From an uncultured virus (IMG/VR IMGVR_UViG_3300046713_000279) (Duplodnaviria; Heunggongvirae; Uroviricota; Caudoviricetes): a stretch of 64,000 nucleotides of DNA. The stretch's first letter is position 1. Each line of letters opens with the position of its first letter. The DNA is taken from IMG/VR virus record IMGVR_UViG_3300046713_000279; one strand, given 5' to 3'. Below the pieces are notes generated by a model. The model searched no databases, was not told the origin of the DNA, and saw only the letters and a list, made by a program, of their open reading frames with translations. Below, one piece after another: positions 8,853 through 18,897 of the stretch. Both the position numbers and the translations under genes were made by a program.

Positions 8853-9227
8853 ATGGCCATGTACAAGCTCGAGTGCCCCAGATGGGAAGAGGACATCGTG
8901 AGCAGGCGGAGGACACTGATCCACCTGCCGTCCACGCCGACTGACATCGAACCCCGCGTCGGCGACTCGATCATCGCCTTTCCGTATCGGGCTCCAGGTC
9001 CAAGGGTCATGATCGAGATCGTCGAGGTCAGCGCCGTGCCGCTCTGCGAGTCGTCGCTGGGCGACTGGACGCTGCTCAATCTGCCTGCCGATGACTCCGG
9101 TGTTCAAGCGTACCGCACCCGCTGGGACGCCACCAACCCCGACCTGCCCTGGGAGACCAACCCGATCGTGTGGCGCGTCGTGTTCCGCTACCTCCACGAG
9201 CCGGCCGTGTTTGCGCAGGCCACCTGA
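8853..9227 (+). CDS. ASCH/PUA-like protein
   Basis: IEIVEVSAVPL...WDATNP..PWETNPIVWRVVFR resembles the C-terminus of phage ASCH proteins; AAGGAG RBS. Confidence 0.6.
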   Translation: MAMYKLECPRWEEDIVSRRRTLIHLPSTPTDIEPRVGDSIIAFPYRAPGPRVMIEIVEVSAVPLCESSLGDWTLLNLPADDSGVQAYRTRWDATNPDLPWETNPIVWRVVFRYLHEPAVFAQAT

Positions 9228-9235
9228 AGGACACC

Positions 9236-9910
9236 ATGACCACCGAACAGACCGAAGATGAGTTCACCAAGAAGCGGCGCCTCGCCGCGCAGACCGCCGA
9301 GCTCGCGTACGCCGTCACCGGCGTGCGCAATCTCCTGGAGGAGATCCGAGAGGCGTTCCCCCGGGAGACGGAATTCCTGCGCGACGAGGCGATGGTGGAC
9401 GCCATGTCGAGCCTTCTAGATCTCCTGGGGGTGATACTGGGACCGACTCCCGATCACGCGAGCTCGGCCCGTCGCCTGATCGGGATGATGGAGGGTGACC
9501 CGACGTTCGTCGGCGTCGTCGCCAAGATGGAGTCGGCGCTCGACCGCCTCTCGGCGGTTCCCTCCGGCACTATCGGCTCGCTGCCTCCCTGGGCCACCCC
9601 CGCCCCCACGCCGCAGCAGCCGCCCTCGTGGGCCACTATCCAGCGCCTGTTCAAGGAGAACCCCTCGCCGCTCCCCGACCAGGCGCCAGCCATCGCATGC
9701 GGGGTGATGCTCCGCGGGGTGCCGATGACGCTCGAGGGTGCGCTGTCCGAGACGCCCGAGGGAGGACTGCGACTCCTGTCCCGCGGGGCGGCGATCCCGG
9801 GCGGCGGGGTCTCGATGGTCGAGCAGTTCTTCGACTACGAGGACGTCATGGTGGTCGCCGTGCAGCGCAAGGTGACCGTGGACGCGCCGCGCATCATCCA
9901 GTCGTCGTGA
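9236..9910 (+). CDS. Hypothetical protein
   Basis: AAGGA RBS; helical N-terminus, beta-rich C-terminus. Confidence 0.65.
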   Translation: MTTEQTEDEFTKKRRLAAQTAELAYAVTGVRNLLEEIREAFPRETEFLRDEAMVDAMSSLLDLLGVILGPTPDHASSARRLIGMMEGDPTFVGVVAKMESALDRLSAVPSGTIGSLPPWATPAPTPQQPPSWATIQRLFKENPSPLPDQAPAIACGVMLRGVPMTLEGALSETPEGGLRLLSRGAAIPGGGVSMVEQFFDYEDVMVVAVQRKVTVDAPRIIQSS

Positions 9911-10164
9911 CCTCGACGATCTCCGCTCCGCGTCGCAGTAGCAGTCCTGTATCGAGCACGGCCTGCCGCGCAACGTGTACCGCTTGCCTGTGTCGAGGTC
10001 GGTGATGATGCCGTGGTCGCCGGGGCCGCGCCGGGCCTTTGCGCTGTCTCGAACGCTCACGCGGAGCGCGACCCGCTCCCAATTGAGCCACGGTGTCAGG
10101 TAGGGCTTCTGGAGCGGGATTTCGTACCTCGTCTTGTCGGCCGTCATCGGCCACGGCCCCCTGA

Positions 10165-10560
10165 TCACTCGTCACCTTCCTCGTCTTCGTCATCCGCCTC
10201 TTCGTCGTCGTCATCATTGTCGCCGAACCGCTGGTCGAGCGCATCCACCACGCCCTCCTCGACCACGTAGGCCAGATCATCCGTGCGTCCCTGCAGGTAG
10301 GCGGCGTAGGCGGCGTTCGAGTCGCCACCGGCCGCCCTGATCTCATCTTCGTGCTCGGAGACCCAGGCGCGCCGCGCCTTGCCTGCCTCGAGCGGCGCCG
10401 CGGCGCGGAGACACGCAGAGAGCACGGCGTCTCGCAGGGGCGTACCCTTGCGCACCATCTCCTCCACGAGCGCGTCCTCGTCGATGTCGTTCTTGAGGCG
10501 CCGCTTCTCGCACCTGCCCTCCAGGTAGAACTGCCAGTAGTCGCCTTGGATGGTTGCCAT
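10165..10560 (-). CDS. Hypothetical protein with acidic tail
   Basis: Ends DDDDEEADDEDEEGDE. Confidence 0.6.
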   Translation of the reverse strand: MATIQGDYWQFYLEGRCEKRRLKNDIDEDALVEEMVRKGTPLRDAVLSACLRAAAPLEAGKARRAWVSEHEDEIRAAGGDSNAAYAAYLQGRTDDLAYVVEEGVVDALDQRFGDNDDDDEEADDEDEEGDE

Positions 10561-10610
10561 GAGCGGATCATACTTGACGCGGAGCCAGAGCGCGTATAGT
10601 TTTGTAGAAC

Positions 10611-10820
10611 ATGTTGCGGACACCCGATACGGACCCCCCGAGCGAGGGTTCCGACGATCTGACGGACCTGACCATCGGGCTCCACACCAGGATCTCGCCA
10701 GGGGCCGACAGGATGATCGACGAGCGCGCGCGGCAGGACGGCGTCAAGGCGGCCACCTGGGTCCGCCTCAGGATCTACGAGGTGCTGGGGTTGGTGAAGC
10801 CCCGCCGGGGTCGCAAGTGA
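10611..10820 (+). CDS. Small ribbon-helix-helix-like DNA-binding protein
   Basis: LHTRISPGADRMIDERARQDGVKAATWVRLRIYEVL fits the RHH pattern; first gene of a long + operon. Confidence 0.55.
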   Translation: MLRTPDTDPPSEGSDDLTDLTIGLHTRISPGADRMIDERARQDGVKAATWVRLRIYEVLGLVKPRRGRK

Positions 10821-11152
10821 ACCGCCTCCCACCCGGGCAGCGGGCGCAAACGAACGCCCAGCCGCGACAGCAGCCGCCCTGCACCCGCGGGACGGTCGAC
10901 CGCGTCCCGTGTCCCCACTGCGGCCGCCACAACGACTTCCGCGAGCTCGACGGCCAGCAGCTCCTGGACACCGGCCACAAGGTGATCTGCCGCGGCGAGA
11001 ACCAGGGCGAGGGGTGCGGCCAGATCATGGAGGTGGTGGCCATCCAGGTGGTCAAGGTGGTCGCCGTGAGACCGATCCGACTGTCCGACCAGCAACACCG
11101 CCAGGCGCTCACCATGAGCGCGTCGCAACTACAACGCTACTTGAAGGGATGA
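10817..11152 (+). CDS. Zinc-ribbon protein
   Basis: CPHCG ... C..GCG. Confidence 0.55.
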   Translation: MNRLPPGQRAQTNAQPRQQPPCTRGTVDRVPCPHCGRHNDFRELDGQQLLDTGHKVICRGENQGEGCGQIMEVVAIQVVKVVAVRPIRLSDQQHRQALTMSASQLQRYLKG

Positions 11153-11158
11153 ACCGAG

Positions 11159-11380
11159 ATGGCAACCGAGACCGAAGACGAAGCAAGAGAACTCCAGGTC
11201 GACGATCTCTACGAGATCGAGGGCCGCGCCAGGAGGTTCGGCAGCATCGACAGCAAGGATGCCCTCGCGATCCTGGCGCACGCCCAGTGGCAGGCCGACG
11301 AGATCGAGCGTCTCAAGGTCCGGCTCGACCCCTATTTGGACCAGGCCAAAGGCAGCCCGGCCACTGTTCCTGTTCACTGA
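11159..11380 (+). CDS. Hypothetical protein
   Basis: Operon position and codon bias. Confidence 0.5.
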   Translation: MATETEDEARELQVDDLYEIEGRARRFGSIDSKDALAILAHAQWQADEIERLKVRLDPYLDQAKGSPATVPVH

Positions 11381-11387
11381 GGACGCC

Positions 11388-11747
11388 ATGGCGAACGAAC
11401 ATCGCACTGGCCCCATCGGATACAAGTACACGTGCGGCGTGCCGTCCGCGCTGTGCCAGGGAAGTAAGTTCGGCACGTCGTCGGGCCTGACGTCGACCTC
11501 GCAAGCCCATGGCCACGGGCAACCGGAGGAAGCCTTCCGGTGCCGGAAGGCGTACCTCGTGTCCCTGGGGTACGTCCCGGTCGGGAGCCGCGCGCTCCAG
11601 GCGCCGGCTGATCTCGGCGGCGAGGTCCTGGTGCTCACCAAGCCCTGTCGGTTCGGGGGCAAAATGCGCGGCGGCAAGGGATCGCGCTACATGCCCAACG
11701 CCCCGCGGACCATCGGCCGGCGCGGCGGCAACGTCGTATCGTACTGA
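11388..11747 (+). CDS. Basic Cys/His-containing hypothetical protein
   Basis: GAGGA RBS. Confidence 0.55.
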   Translation: MANEHRTGPIGYKYTCGVPSALCQGSKFGTSSGLTSTSQAHGHGQPEEAFRCRKAYLVSLGYVPVGSRALQAPADLGGEVLVLTKPCRFGGKMRGGKGSRYMPNAPRTIGRRGGNVVSY

Positions 11748-11772
11748 AGCACACCAAGGAGTTCATCACGTC

Positions 11773-12051
11773 ATGCCCAAGCCAGACATCGAGTACCACG
11801 TGTCGCTCCGGTCCCCGATCTTCGTGAAGCTGGGGGACAGGCTCATTGCCGTCCGCTCGTTCGACGCGACGCTGACGACGGTGGGCCATATCGACCGACG
11901 ACTCTCGAGCGGCGTCCTGTTCGTGACCGACCGGCTCTGGCCAGCGTTGGGGACCGGCGAGATTCGTGACGGCGTGTCGTTCAAGGCCACCATCGAGGTG
12001 ATCGTCGACAACATCGCCGGCATGGTCCCGCAGCCGTTCGTGGAGCGCTGA
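11773..12051 (+). CDS. Hypothetical protein
   Basis: AAGGAG upstream. Confidence 0.5.
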   Translation: MPKPDIEYHVSLRSPIFVKLGDRLIAVRSFDATLTTVGHIDRRLSSGVLFVTDRLWPALGTGEIRDGVSFKATIEVIVDNIAGMVPQPFVER

Positions 12052-12054
12052 TCG

Positions 12055-12825
12055 ATGTCGGAGACCACCGAGGTCATCATCCTGGCCCAGGGCGCCCTGC
12101 CTCGGCTGGGCGCACACCACGGACCCAGGCAACTGCTGCCGCTGCCAGCCTGCGGGGGTGCCCCCATCCTCTCGCGCACCCTGCGGCAGATCGGCGCCAT
12201 GAGAGGACGGGAGACCGTCACGGTGGTTGCCGGGACGAGCCTGACCGACGCCCTGTTCCAGGTGGCCAAGTGGCCCGTGTACACGGTCTCCGTGGAACTC
12301 CCCGAGCCTGGGAACTCCGCCTTGAAGGGCATCGCTCGCTATCTCGAGTTCCGGGAGACCCAGGGTCGCCGCTACCAGCGCACCATCGTGCTCCTGGGGG
12401 ACGTGGTCTACTCCTGGGCCTGTCTGGAGGCCATCTGGGAGGCGGCGGACGACTATGGCTTCGTGGGCACCCGGAACCTCTCCCTGGCCAAGGGCGAACT
12501 CTGGGGCGCGGCGTGGTCGCGCGCGTATGAGGATTGGATGATGACCAACCTCCGGGATGCCCTGCTCCGTCACCCACCGTTCGACGACGACTACGAGCCT
12601 CATCAACTCCGGCGCTGGATCAGCGGCATGCGGCGAGGCGACATGGCCGACCACATCGCGAGGATGAAGTGGCCGTTTCCTATGAGTGGTCACTGTCCCT
12701 ACACCAGCATCGACGACTACACGCACGACATGGACATCCCGCACGACCTGGTCCTCCTGCCCGACCTGTCGGCCGCCGCCGCGGCAGACGACGCCAAGCA
12801 CGGACTCACCTGGACTCAGCCGTGA
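12055..12825 (+). CDS. Sugar-nucleotidyltransferase-like (NTP transferase fold) protein
   Basis: VIILAQG..PRLG...PRQLLPL...PILSRTLRQ; LLGDVVY; DMDIPHD. Confidence 0.7.
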   Translation: MSETTEVIILAQGALPRLGAHHGPRQLLPLPACGGAPILSRTLRQIGAMRGRETVTVVAGTSLTDALFQVAKWPVYTVSVELPEPGNSALKGIARYLEFRETQGRRYQRTIVLLGDVVYSWACLEAIWEAADDYGFVGTRNLSLAKGELWGAAWSRAYEDWMMTNLRDALLRHPPFDDDYEPHQLRRWISGMRRGDMADHIARMKWPFPMSGHCPYTSIDDYTHDMDIPHDLVLLPDLSAAAAADDAKHGLTWTQP

Positions 12826-12919
12826 ACTGGCGGGTCTGGCTCTCGATCATCGGCTGCATCATCATCGTCTGGGGCTGGTGGCCTTCACGCCCCGAACAAC
12901 AGTCCAGTGGAAAGTCCTC

Positions 12920-13156
12920 ATGAAGATCCGACAGCACATCGATTCGTTACTCTGGCCGCACGTGAAGCAGCGCTGGGTGTACGCGATCCTGATGATCGCC
13001 TACTTTGTGGGAATCGCCGCCTCTGCCCTGCTCCATCCGCTGTGGTTCGTGGTCGCCTGCGACCTGACTAGCCTGGTGCTTGCCATCGTGACCCTGGACT
13101 CGCGCGACAGGTACGTCATGTGGCGAGATGCCCATGTGCGCAGGAGGTCACGGTGA
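12920..13156 (+). CDS. Two-TM membrane protein
   Basis: Two hydrophobic segments; preceded by a 33-aa TM ORF at 12822-12923. Confidence 0.5.
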   Translation: MKIRQHIDSLLWPHVKQRWVYAILMIAYFVGIAASALLHPLWFVVACDLTSLVLAIVTLDSRDRYVMWRDAHVRRRSR

Positions 13157-13599
13157 TCGACGTCGTCACCGACCTCCTGGGCAAGCGGGTCACCGTGAGC
13201 ATGTGGCTTTACGGCGGCCCCGACTCCAGCAAGGGTGAGATGGTCCGCCTCATCACCGGGATCGTCCGGGCACTCGGAGCCCACAGCGACTGCTTCATGG
13301 TGCTGGTGCAGACCGAGATCGCCCACCGGGGTACCCGCAAGGTCGGCGCGCTCACCATGTTCTCCATCGGCCCCAGGGGTGGGGTGGAGGTGGTCCCGGA
13401 GCCTGACGTGTCCCCGGACATGCTTCAGTACCGCGCGCTGGAGGTTCGACTACGGAAGGCCAGAGCGGACAGGGCCACCGAGGCCCAGGAGCAGGTCATC
13501 CTGGACGAGATGGAACAGCTCTGGTGGAAGCTGTCACAGGGCGAGCGGGATGTGCTGGACCGCGAGGGCCCGACCTGCGACCCGCCCACGAAGTCATGA
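13153..13599 (+). CDS. Hypothetical protein
   Basis: GGAGG RBS; GTGA and ATGA overlaps. Confidence 0.55.
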   Translation: MIDVVTDLLGKRVTVSMWLYGGPDSSKGEMVRLITGIVRALGAHSDCFMVLVQTEIAHRGTRKVGALTMFSIGPRGGVEVVPEPDVSPDMLQYRALEVRLRKARADRATEAQEQVILDEMEQLWWKLSQGERDVLDREGPTCDPPTKS

Positions 13600-14759
13600 C
13601 GACCCGGCGCTCCATGATCGACCCCGCCATCTCCGCCTACTACACCGGGGACGTACGCGCGCTGCTCAAGCGGCTACCGGATGGCTGCGTGCAGTGCTGC
13701 GTGACCTCGGTGCCCTACTGGGGTCTCCGATCGTACCTCGATGACGACGACCCGATGAAAGAGTTCGAGATAGGGGACGAGGACACGCCAGAGGAGTACG
13801 TGGCAGTCATGGTGGATGTGTTCAAGGAAGTCCGGCGGGTGCTGCGGGATGACGGGACGTTGTGGCTCAACCTGGGGGACTGCTACGCGGGCTCGAGTTC
13901 GGGACCACAGGGCGAGAGCGGGCAGATGGCCAACCGCACGGTGGTCAAGCACCGAGGCATGCGGAGTCGCACCAAGGGCATTGACCCGAAGAACAAGCGC
14001 AAGGGGCCGGGCAGCAACGACGCACCGAACCGCCGCCGCCATGCCACGCTCAAGCACAAGGACCTCGTCGGCATCCCCTGGATGACCGCCTTCGCGCTGC
14101 GCGATGCCGGCTGGTACCTGCGCATGGACAACATATGGGCGAAACCGAATCCCATGCCCGAGTCGGTGACCGATCGGACCACGAAGGCGCACGAGTATCT
14201 GTTCCACTTCAGCAAGAGCGAGTCGTACTACTACGCCAACGGGGCCATCGCCGAGCCTGTCTCGTGGAACGGTCAGCATCGCAACGTCATCGGCCCCGAC
14301 GCCAGCCACATGCCGGGCGCGCCGCAGCATACCGGACTCCGCAAGTACAAGAGCGGCGACAGGGAGCGAGAAGAGGACTCGACTCGCAACAAGCGCTCCG
14401 TCTGGACGGTGCGCGATGTCGACCGGCTGAAGTTCGCTGAGGACCAGGCGGCGGCGTGGTCAGCGCTGGCCACGTACATCCGTGAACACCCGCACGGCAA
14501 GAACTCGGTGTGGCCCGTCACCCCGCAACCCTACGCCGGCGCCCACTTCGCCACCTTCCCGCCCGATCTGATCGAGCCCTGCATCCTGGCCTGCTCTCGT
14601 CCTGGTGACCTGGTGCTGGACCCGTTCTTCGGGTCGGGCACCACCGGCATGGTCGCCGAGAAGCACGAGCGGCTGTGGATCGGATTCGACATCAACCCCA
14701 AGTACGCCGAGCTCGCCAAGGAGCGGACGGCGCAACGCAGCTTGCCGCTGTCACGTTGA
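13596..14759 (+). CDS. DNA N4-C/N6-A methyltransferase, beta class
   Basis: TSVPYWG (motif IV variant); IWAKPNPMPES; HFATFP; LDPFFGSGTT (motif I). Confidence 0.92.
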   Translation: MTTRRSMIDPAISAYYTGDVRALLKRLPDGCVQCCVTSVPYWGLRSYLDDDDPMKEFEIGDEDTPEEYVAVMVDVFKEVRRVLRDDGTLWLNLGDCYAGSSSGPQGESGQMANRTVVKHRGMRSRTKGIDPKNKRKGPGSNDAPNRRRHATLKHKDLVGIPWMTAFALRDAGWYLRMDNIWAKPNPMPESVTDRTTKAHEYLFHFSKSESYYYANGAIAEPVSWNGQHRNVIGPDASHMPGAPQHTGLRKYKSGDREREEDSTRNKRSVWTVRDVDRLKFAEDQAAAWSALATYIREHPHGKNSVWPVTPQPYAGAHFATFPPDLIEPCILACSRPGDLVLDPFFGSGTTGMVAEKHERLWIGFDINPKYAELAKERTAQRSLPLSR

Positions 14760-14770
14760 AGGAGTTCATC

Positions 14771-15727
14771 ATGGCCGACCTGAAGATCGCCAAGCCATCC
14801 ACGGACGCTGAGAAGAAGACCCAGACCACCACGGACACGTGGGAGTTCACGGCCGCCACCGCCAAGACCTGGAAGTCTCCGCCGTTCCAGCGCCCCCTGC
14901 GGGTGAACGACAAGGTCACCACGGCGGCCGCCGAGATCAAGCAGGACGGCGGGGTCATCTCGGGGACCTTCACGATCGGAATCTTCGAGGGCGACCGCTG
15001 GCTCGTGGACGGCCAGCATCGCCGGGAGGCGTTCTACCTGAGCGGCTGTCCGGTCGGGTTCGTCGACGTGCGCATCATCCACTTCAAGACCATGGCCGAC
15101 ATGGCCGACGAGTTCGTCCGGGTGAACAGCCGCCTGGTGAACCTCAAGCCCGACGACATCGTGCGCGGCATGGAGGCGTCCTGCGAGGCCATCGCGAAGC
15201 TGCGCAAGAAGTGCAGCTACGTGGGCTACGACAACGTGCGCCGGAATGACCGCTCTCCGGTCATCGCCATGTCGCAGCTCCTGCGCTGCTGGAACGGCTC
15301 GGCGAACGACACGCCCAGGACGGGCGGCGTGTCGGCCGCGCAGTTGGCCGAGCAGTTCACGATGGACGACTGCGAGCAGTTGGCCCAGTTCCTGGACAGC
15401 GCGTACACCGCCTGGGGTCGAGAGGCGACGAACCACCGCCTGTGGTCCAGCCTCAACCTGACCTTGTGCATGTGGGTCTACCGGCGGATCCACCTGACGG
15501 CCTACTCGGCCAAGACCCAGCGGGTGGACAAGGAACTGTTCACCAAGTGCCTCATGAGCGTGTCCGCGGCGGAACTCTACGTGGCGTGGCTCATGGGTCG
15601 CGGGCTCAACACGCGCGACCTGGCGCCAGCGTACGCCCGCCTGAAGGGGCTGTTCTCGAGCCGCATCGAGAGCGAGACCGGCAAGAAGGCGTACATGCCT
15701 GCGCCGACCTGGTCATCACACGGGTAG
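14771..15727 (+). CDS. ParB-like DGQHR-domain protein
   Basis: FQRPL...WLVDGQHRREA...FVRVN; AAGGAG RBS. Confidence 0.75.
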   Translation: MADLKIAKPSTDAEKKTQTTTDTWEFTAATAKTWKSPPFQRPLRVNDKVTTAAAEIKQDGGVISGTFTIGIFEGDRWLVDGQHRREAFYLSGCPVGFVDVRIIHFKTMADMADEFVRVNSRLVNLKPDDIVRGMEASCEAIAKLRKKCSYVGYDNVRRNDRSPVIAMSQLLRCWNGSANDTPRTGGVSAAQLAEQFTMDDCEQLAQFLDSAYTAWGREATNHRLWSSLNLTLCMWVYRRIHLTAYSAKTQRVDKELFTKCLMSVSAAELYVAWLMGRGLNTRDLAPAYARLKGLFSSRIESETGKKAYMPAPTWSSHG

Positions 15728-15762
15728 AGCAACTGGTATTAGGCCAAGCCCTGGGAGAGACG

Positions 15763-16641
15763 ATGATGACCACCCCGCGCAAGATGGAGACGGCCACGCT
15801 CCTGCAGTTGCCGCTCGGCGAGGACTCCAGCCTGGTGGAGCACGTCAAGGAACTCCGGCCGCTCACCGACCTCATCTTGCCGGAGGAGCCTCGCGGCGCG
15901 CTCGACCGCGTCATGGCCGAGAACTACGCGGCGGCGGCGCTCATGGGGCGCGGTCTCCGCCCGGCGAACCGGATCCTCTTCCGCGGGCCGCCCGGCTGCG
16001 GAAAGACGGTGGCGGCCGGCGGCCTAGCGCTGGCACTGGGCATCCCGTTCGCTGTGACGCGGCTGGATGGCATCATCACCGGGTACATGGGGTCCACGGC
16101 CAAGCAACTCCGCAAGGTGTTCGACTTCGCCAGGAACCAGGCCCCGATGGTGTTGTTCCTGGACGAGATCGACGCGCTCGGACGAACCCGGGACGACAGA
16201 AGCAGCCACGACGTCACCGAGATGAAGCGCGTCACCAACTCGCTCCTGGTCATGCTCGAGGAGTTCGCGGTCCAGGCAGGGCCAAGTCCCTCGCTGGTGA
16301 TCGCCGCGACCAACCACGAGGCGATACTGGATCCCGCACTGGAGCGTCGGTTCGACAAGATCGTGACCTTCCCGAGGCCCACAGGTGTGCAGGCCGCAGC
16401 GCTCCTGAAGCGCCTAGTGGAGCGCCACGACACCCGGACGGTCACCAAGCTGTCGCCGCCTGGGTGGAAGGCGTGGCCCCGCTGGCTGGCAGGCATGTCG
16501 TTCGCCGACGTCGAACGGCTGGCGCTTGACGCTGTAAAGTCGACCGTGATGGACGAGACGCTCAGCATCGAGCGGGCGCTGCTGATGGCGATGGGGGACC
16601 AGAAGGGCCGCGCGGCGGCCGGGGCGGGCAGGAAGCGATGA
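15763..16641 (+). CDS. AAA+ ATPase
   Basis: Walker A GPPGCGKT; Walker B LFLDEID; AATN; DPALERRFD. Confidence 0.92.
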   Translation: MMTTPRKMETATLLQLPLGEDSSLVEHVKELRPLTDLILPEEPRGALDRVMAENYAAAALMGRGLRPANRILFRGPPGCGKTVAAGGLALALGIPFAVTRLDGIITGYMGSTAKQLRKVFDFARNQAPMVLFLDEIDALGRTRDDRSSHDVTEMKRVTNSLLVMLEEFAVQAGPSPSLVIAATNHEAILDPALERRFDKIVTFPRPTGVQAAALLKRLVERHDTRTVTKLSPPGWKAWPRWLAGMSFADVERLALDAVKSTVMDETLSIERALLMAMGDQKGRAAAGAGRKR

Positions 16642-17666
16642 GCCGCATCATCACGCTGCCAGCGGAGGCCGTTGGTCTCCACATCGTGGCCTCGGTCAGC
16701 GGTGGCAAGGATTCCACGGCCCTGATCCTGGCCCTGCTCGAGGCCGTGGAACGCGGAGAGATCCCGTGCCACCTGCTGCGCTTCGCGTTCGCTGACACCG
16801 GGTGGGAGGCGCCTGAGACCTACGTCTACCTGGACTACCTACGCGAGACGCTCGACATCGAGATCGTGGTGGTTGGTGTCGAGGGTGGCATGCGCGCCCG
16901 CATCGCCTATCGCGCTAGTTTCCCCGGTCGGATGCAGCGGTGGTGCACGAGCGAGCTCAAGATCGATCCTCTGCGGGCGTACCACGATCGGCTGACCGAG
17001 GAGACCGGCGCTGAGACCGTGAGCGCGATGGGGGTGCGAGCCGCCGAGAGCGCGGCCCGCGCCAAGATGGTCGAGTGGGAGGATGAGCCCGAGGGCAAGA
17101 GCTCGTGGGGTGGCTACGTGTGGCGCCCGCTCCTGCAGTGGACCATCGAGGATGTGCTCACCATCCACAACCGGCACGGCGTCAAGGTCAACCCGCTCTA
17201 CCAGCGGGGCCACAACCGCGTGGGTTGCTACCCGTGCATCTTCGCCAGCAAGGAGGAGATCGCGCTGATCGCCGAGCACAGCCCCGAACGCATCGACGAG
17301 ATCCGCCAGCTCGAGGCGGACATGGGAAGTCTTCGGCGAGAGCGAAACGCTGAGCAGCCCGGCCGCTACGCGCACCCGGACGACGCCAACTTCTTCCAGA
17401 CCCGGAGGCAGGGGTTCGGGGGTATCGACGCCGTGGTGAAGTGGGCGCGCACCGACCACGGCGGACGGCAGTTCCCGCTGTTCGCGCCGGCGCCGCAGGG
17501 TGGCTGCATGCGCTGGGGCATCTGCGACATGCCCGACGAGCGAGGGTTCAGCCAGCAGCATCGTGATGCCGAGGCGAGCGCCAGCGCAAAGCACAAGGAG
17601 TGGGCACAGGCCGCCAAGCTCGTCATGGACGAACGCGCTCAGCGCGCTGATTCGGACGACGAGTGA
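16638..17666 (+). CDS. PAPS-reductase-family (PP-loop) protein
   Basis: SVSGGKDS; ADTGWE; RWCTSELK; GVRAAES; RVGCYPC. Confidence 0.9.
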   Translation: MSRIITLPAEAVGLHIVASVSGGKDSTALILALLEAVERGEIPCHLLRFAFADTGWEAPETYVYLDYLRETLDIEIVVVGVEGGMRARIAYRASFPGRMQRWCTSELKIDPLRAYHDRLTEETGAETVSAMGVRAAESAARAKMVEWEDEPEGKSSWGGYVWRPLLQWTIEDVLTIHNRHGVKVNPLYQRGHNRVGCYPCIFASKEEIALIAEHSPERIDEIRQLEADMGSLRRERNAEQPGRYAHPDDANFFQTRRQGFGGIDAVVKWARTDHGGRQFPLFAPAPQGGCMRWGICDMPDERGFSQQHRDAEASASAKHKEWAQAAKLVMDERAQRADSDDE

Positions 17667-18205
17667 TGCGCTGGCGCGAGTCATGGCGAGCGGACCCGGC
17701 CGGGCGCCGCATCGCTGACAACCACTACAACCGCCAGAAGGTCGGCGCCGACCAGTTTGTGCCACCAGGGCGGTGCGTGGTGCTGGTCATCCACGACCAC
17801 CAGGTGGACGCCGCCGCGCTGTGGGTGACCTCGTGGCCGTTCAGCGAGTACGTGAAGCACGCGTGGCCCGGGGCCTGGGTGTGCTCGGCGTTCCGCAACC
17901 AGCGGCGTGACCTCTTCCTGTCCTCGGACCTGATCATCGAGGCGCTCGCCGCCACGCGGTTCTACTGGGACCCGCCGCCCCAGGGCATCATCACGTTCAT
18001 CGACCCCGCGAAGACGAAGCACAAGCGGGACCCTGGCCGGTGCTTCCGCAAGGCGGGGTTCCACGTGTCCGGGAAGGCCCCTGCCAGGGGCCCGGTGTGC
18101 ATCTGTGACGGTAAGCCACCCCGGACAGAGGGCGGCCTTGTGGCGGCTCCACATGGCGTCGTCGAGGTTTCCAGCGGCATGCTCGCCGCTGGGGGCGCAG
18201 GCTAG
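17666..18205 (+). CDS. Phage protein, putatively Mom-like/GNAT fold
   Basis: ADNHYNRQK..QFVPPGR; CSAFRN; ITFID; PGRCFRKAGF. Confidence 0.5.
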   Translation: MRWRESWRADPAGRRIADNHYNRQKVGADQFVPPGRCVVLVIHDHQVDAAALWVTSWPFSEYVKHAWPGAWVCSAFRNQRRDLFLSSDLIIEALAATRFYWDPPPQGIITFIDPAKTKHKRDPGRCFRKAGFHVSGKAPARGPVCICDGKPPRTEGGLVAAPHGVVEVSSGMLAAGGAG

Positions 18206-18243
18206 CCTAGGGCTCGGGTGAATCGAACACGGGAGATCACGCG

Positions 18244-18897
18244 ATGGAGACCACCGACAACGTCATCCACATCCACCACGAGGCCGACTGGTCGTCCAAG
18301 GCGCTGGTGTCCTGGTGGGACGGAATAAACAATATTGACGGCCACGAGGCCGCTGTCGATGCGGTGCTGCTGTGGGCCGACACCTCGAGGGACATCCACC
18401 TGTGCCTGCCACCGGATGTTGCGCTCCGCGCAGTCCGACTGGCGACGCGAGGGCGTGCGAAGTGGGAGTACGACGAGGTGCTCTCGCGGCCTGTTCCCGG
18501 CCGCGTGCTGGCCCCGTGGTCCGAGCGCCAGTCGACCACCAAACGACATGATCCGACCGACGCGTGGCTATTCGACTCGGACCTGGCCACCAAGAGCGGA
18601 CCGGGCGCTCCACGCTGGCGGATCCCGCTGGGTTGGGTCGAGAACGTGGCGATCGCCATGTGCAACAACACGTACGACGGGAAGGTCCATCCGAGTACCT
18701 CTGTGCTCATCGACGTCGGCGCGCCGCATCGTGACCCTTGCTGCTGCGGTAACCCGCTGTTCCACGCCCATGGTTGCCCGCAATCCGGGACCTTCCCCAG
18801 GATCGGACGGCTCGCCATCAACCTGAAGCGCGTCGAGGGGTTCATCGAGACCATGCGGGCGGCGCGGACCTCGGCGGAACGGATTTTCGTCCCGTGA
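18244..18897 (+). CDS. Hypothetical protein
   Basis: GGAG RBS; 217-aa ORF. Confidence 0.55.
   Translation: METTDNVIHIHHEADWSSKALVSWWDGINNIDGHEAAVDAVLLWADTSRDIHLCLPPDVALRAVRLATRGRAKWEYDEVLSRPVPGRVLAPWSERQSTTKRHDPTDAWLFDSDLATKSGPGAPRWRIPLGWVENVAIAMCNNTYDGKVHPSTSVLIDVGAPHRDPCCCGNPLFHAHGCPQSGTFPRIGRLAINLKRVEGFIETMRAARTSAERIFVP

Noticed and set aside
9416..10168. 250-aa minus-strand ORF
   Set aside because: Only the first 75 or so codons look coding; the rest is antisense to 9236-9910. It is possibly a truncated gene.
14771..17666. Complete Dnd/Ssp phosphorothioation system
   Set aside because: No DndA/IscS, DndD (SMC-like) or DndE is visible, and the ATPase is a classic AAA+. Kept only as a hypothesis.
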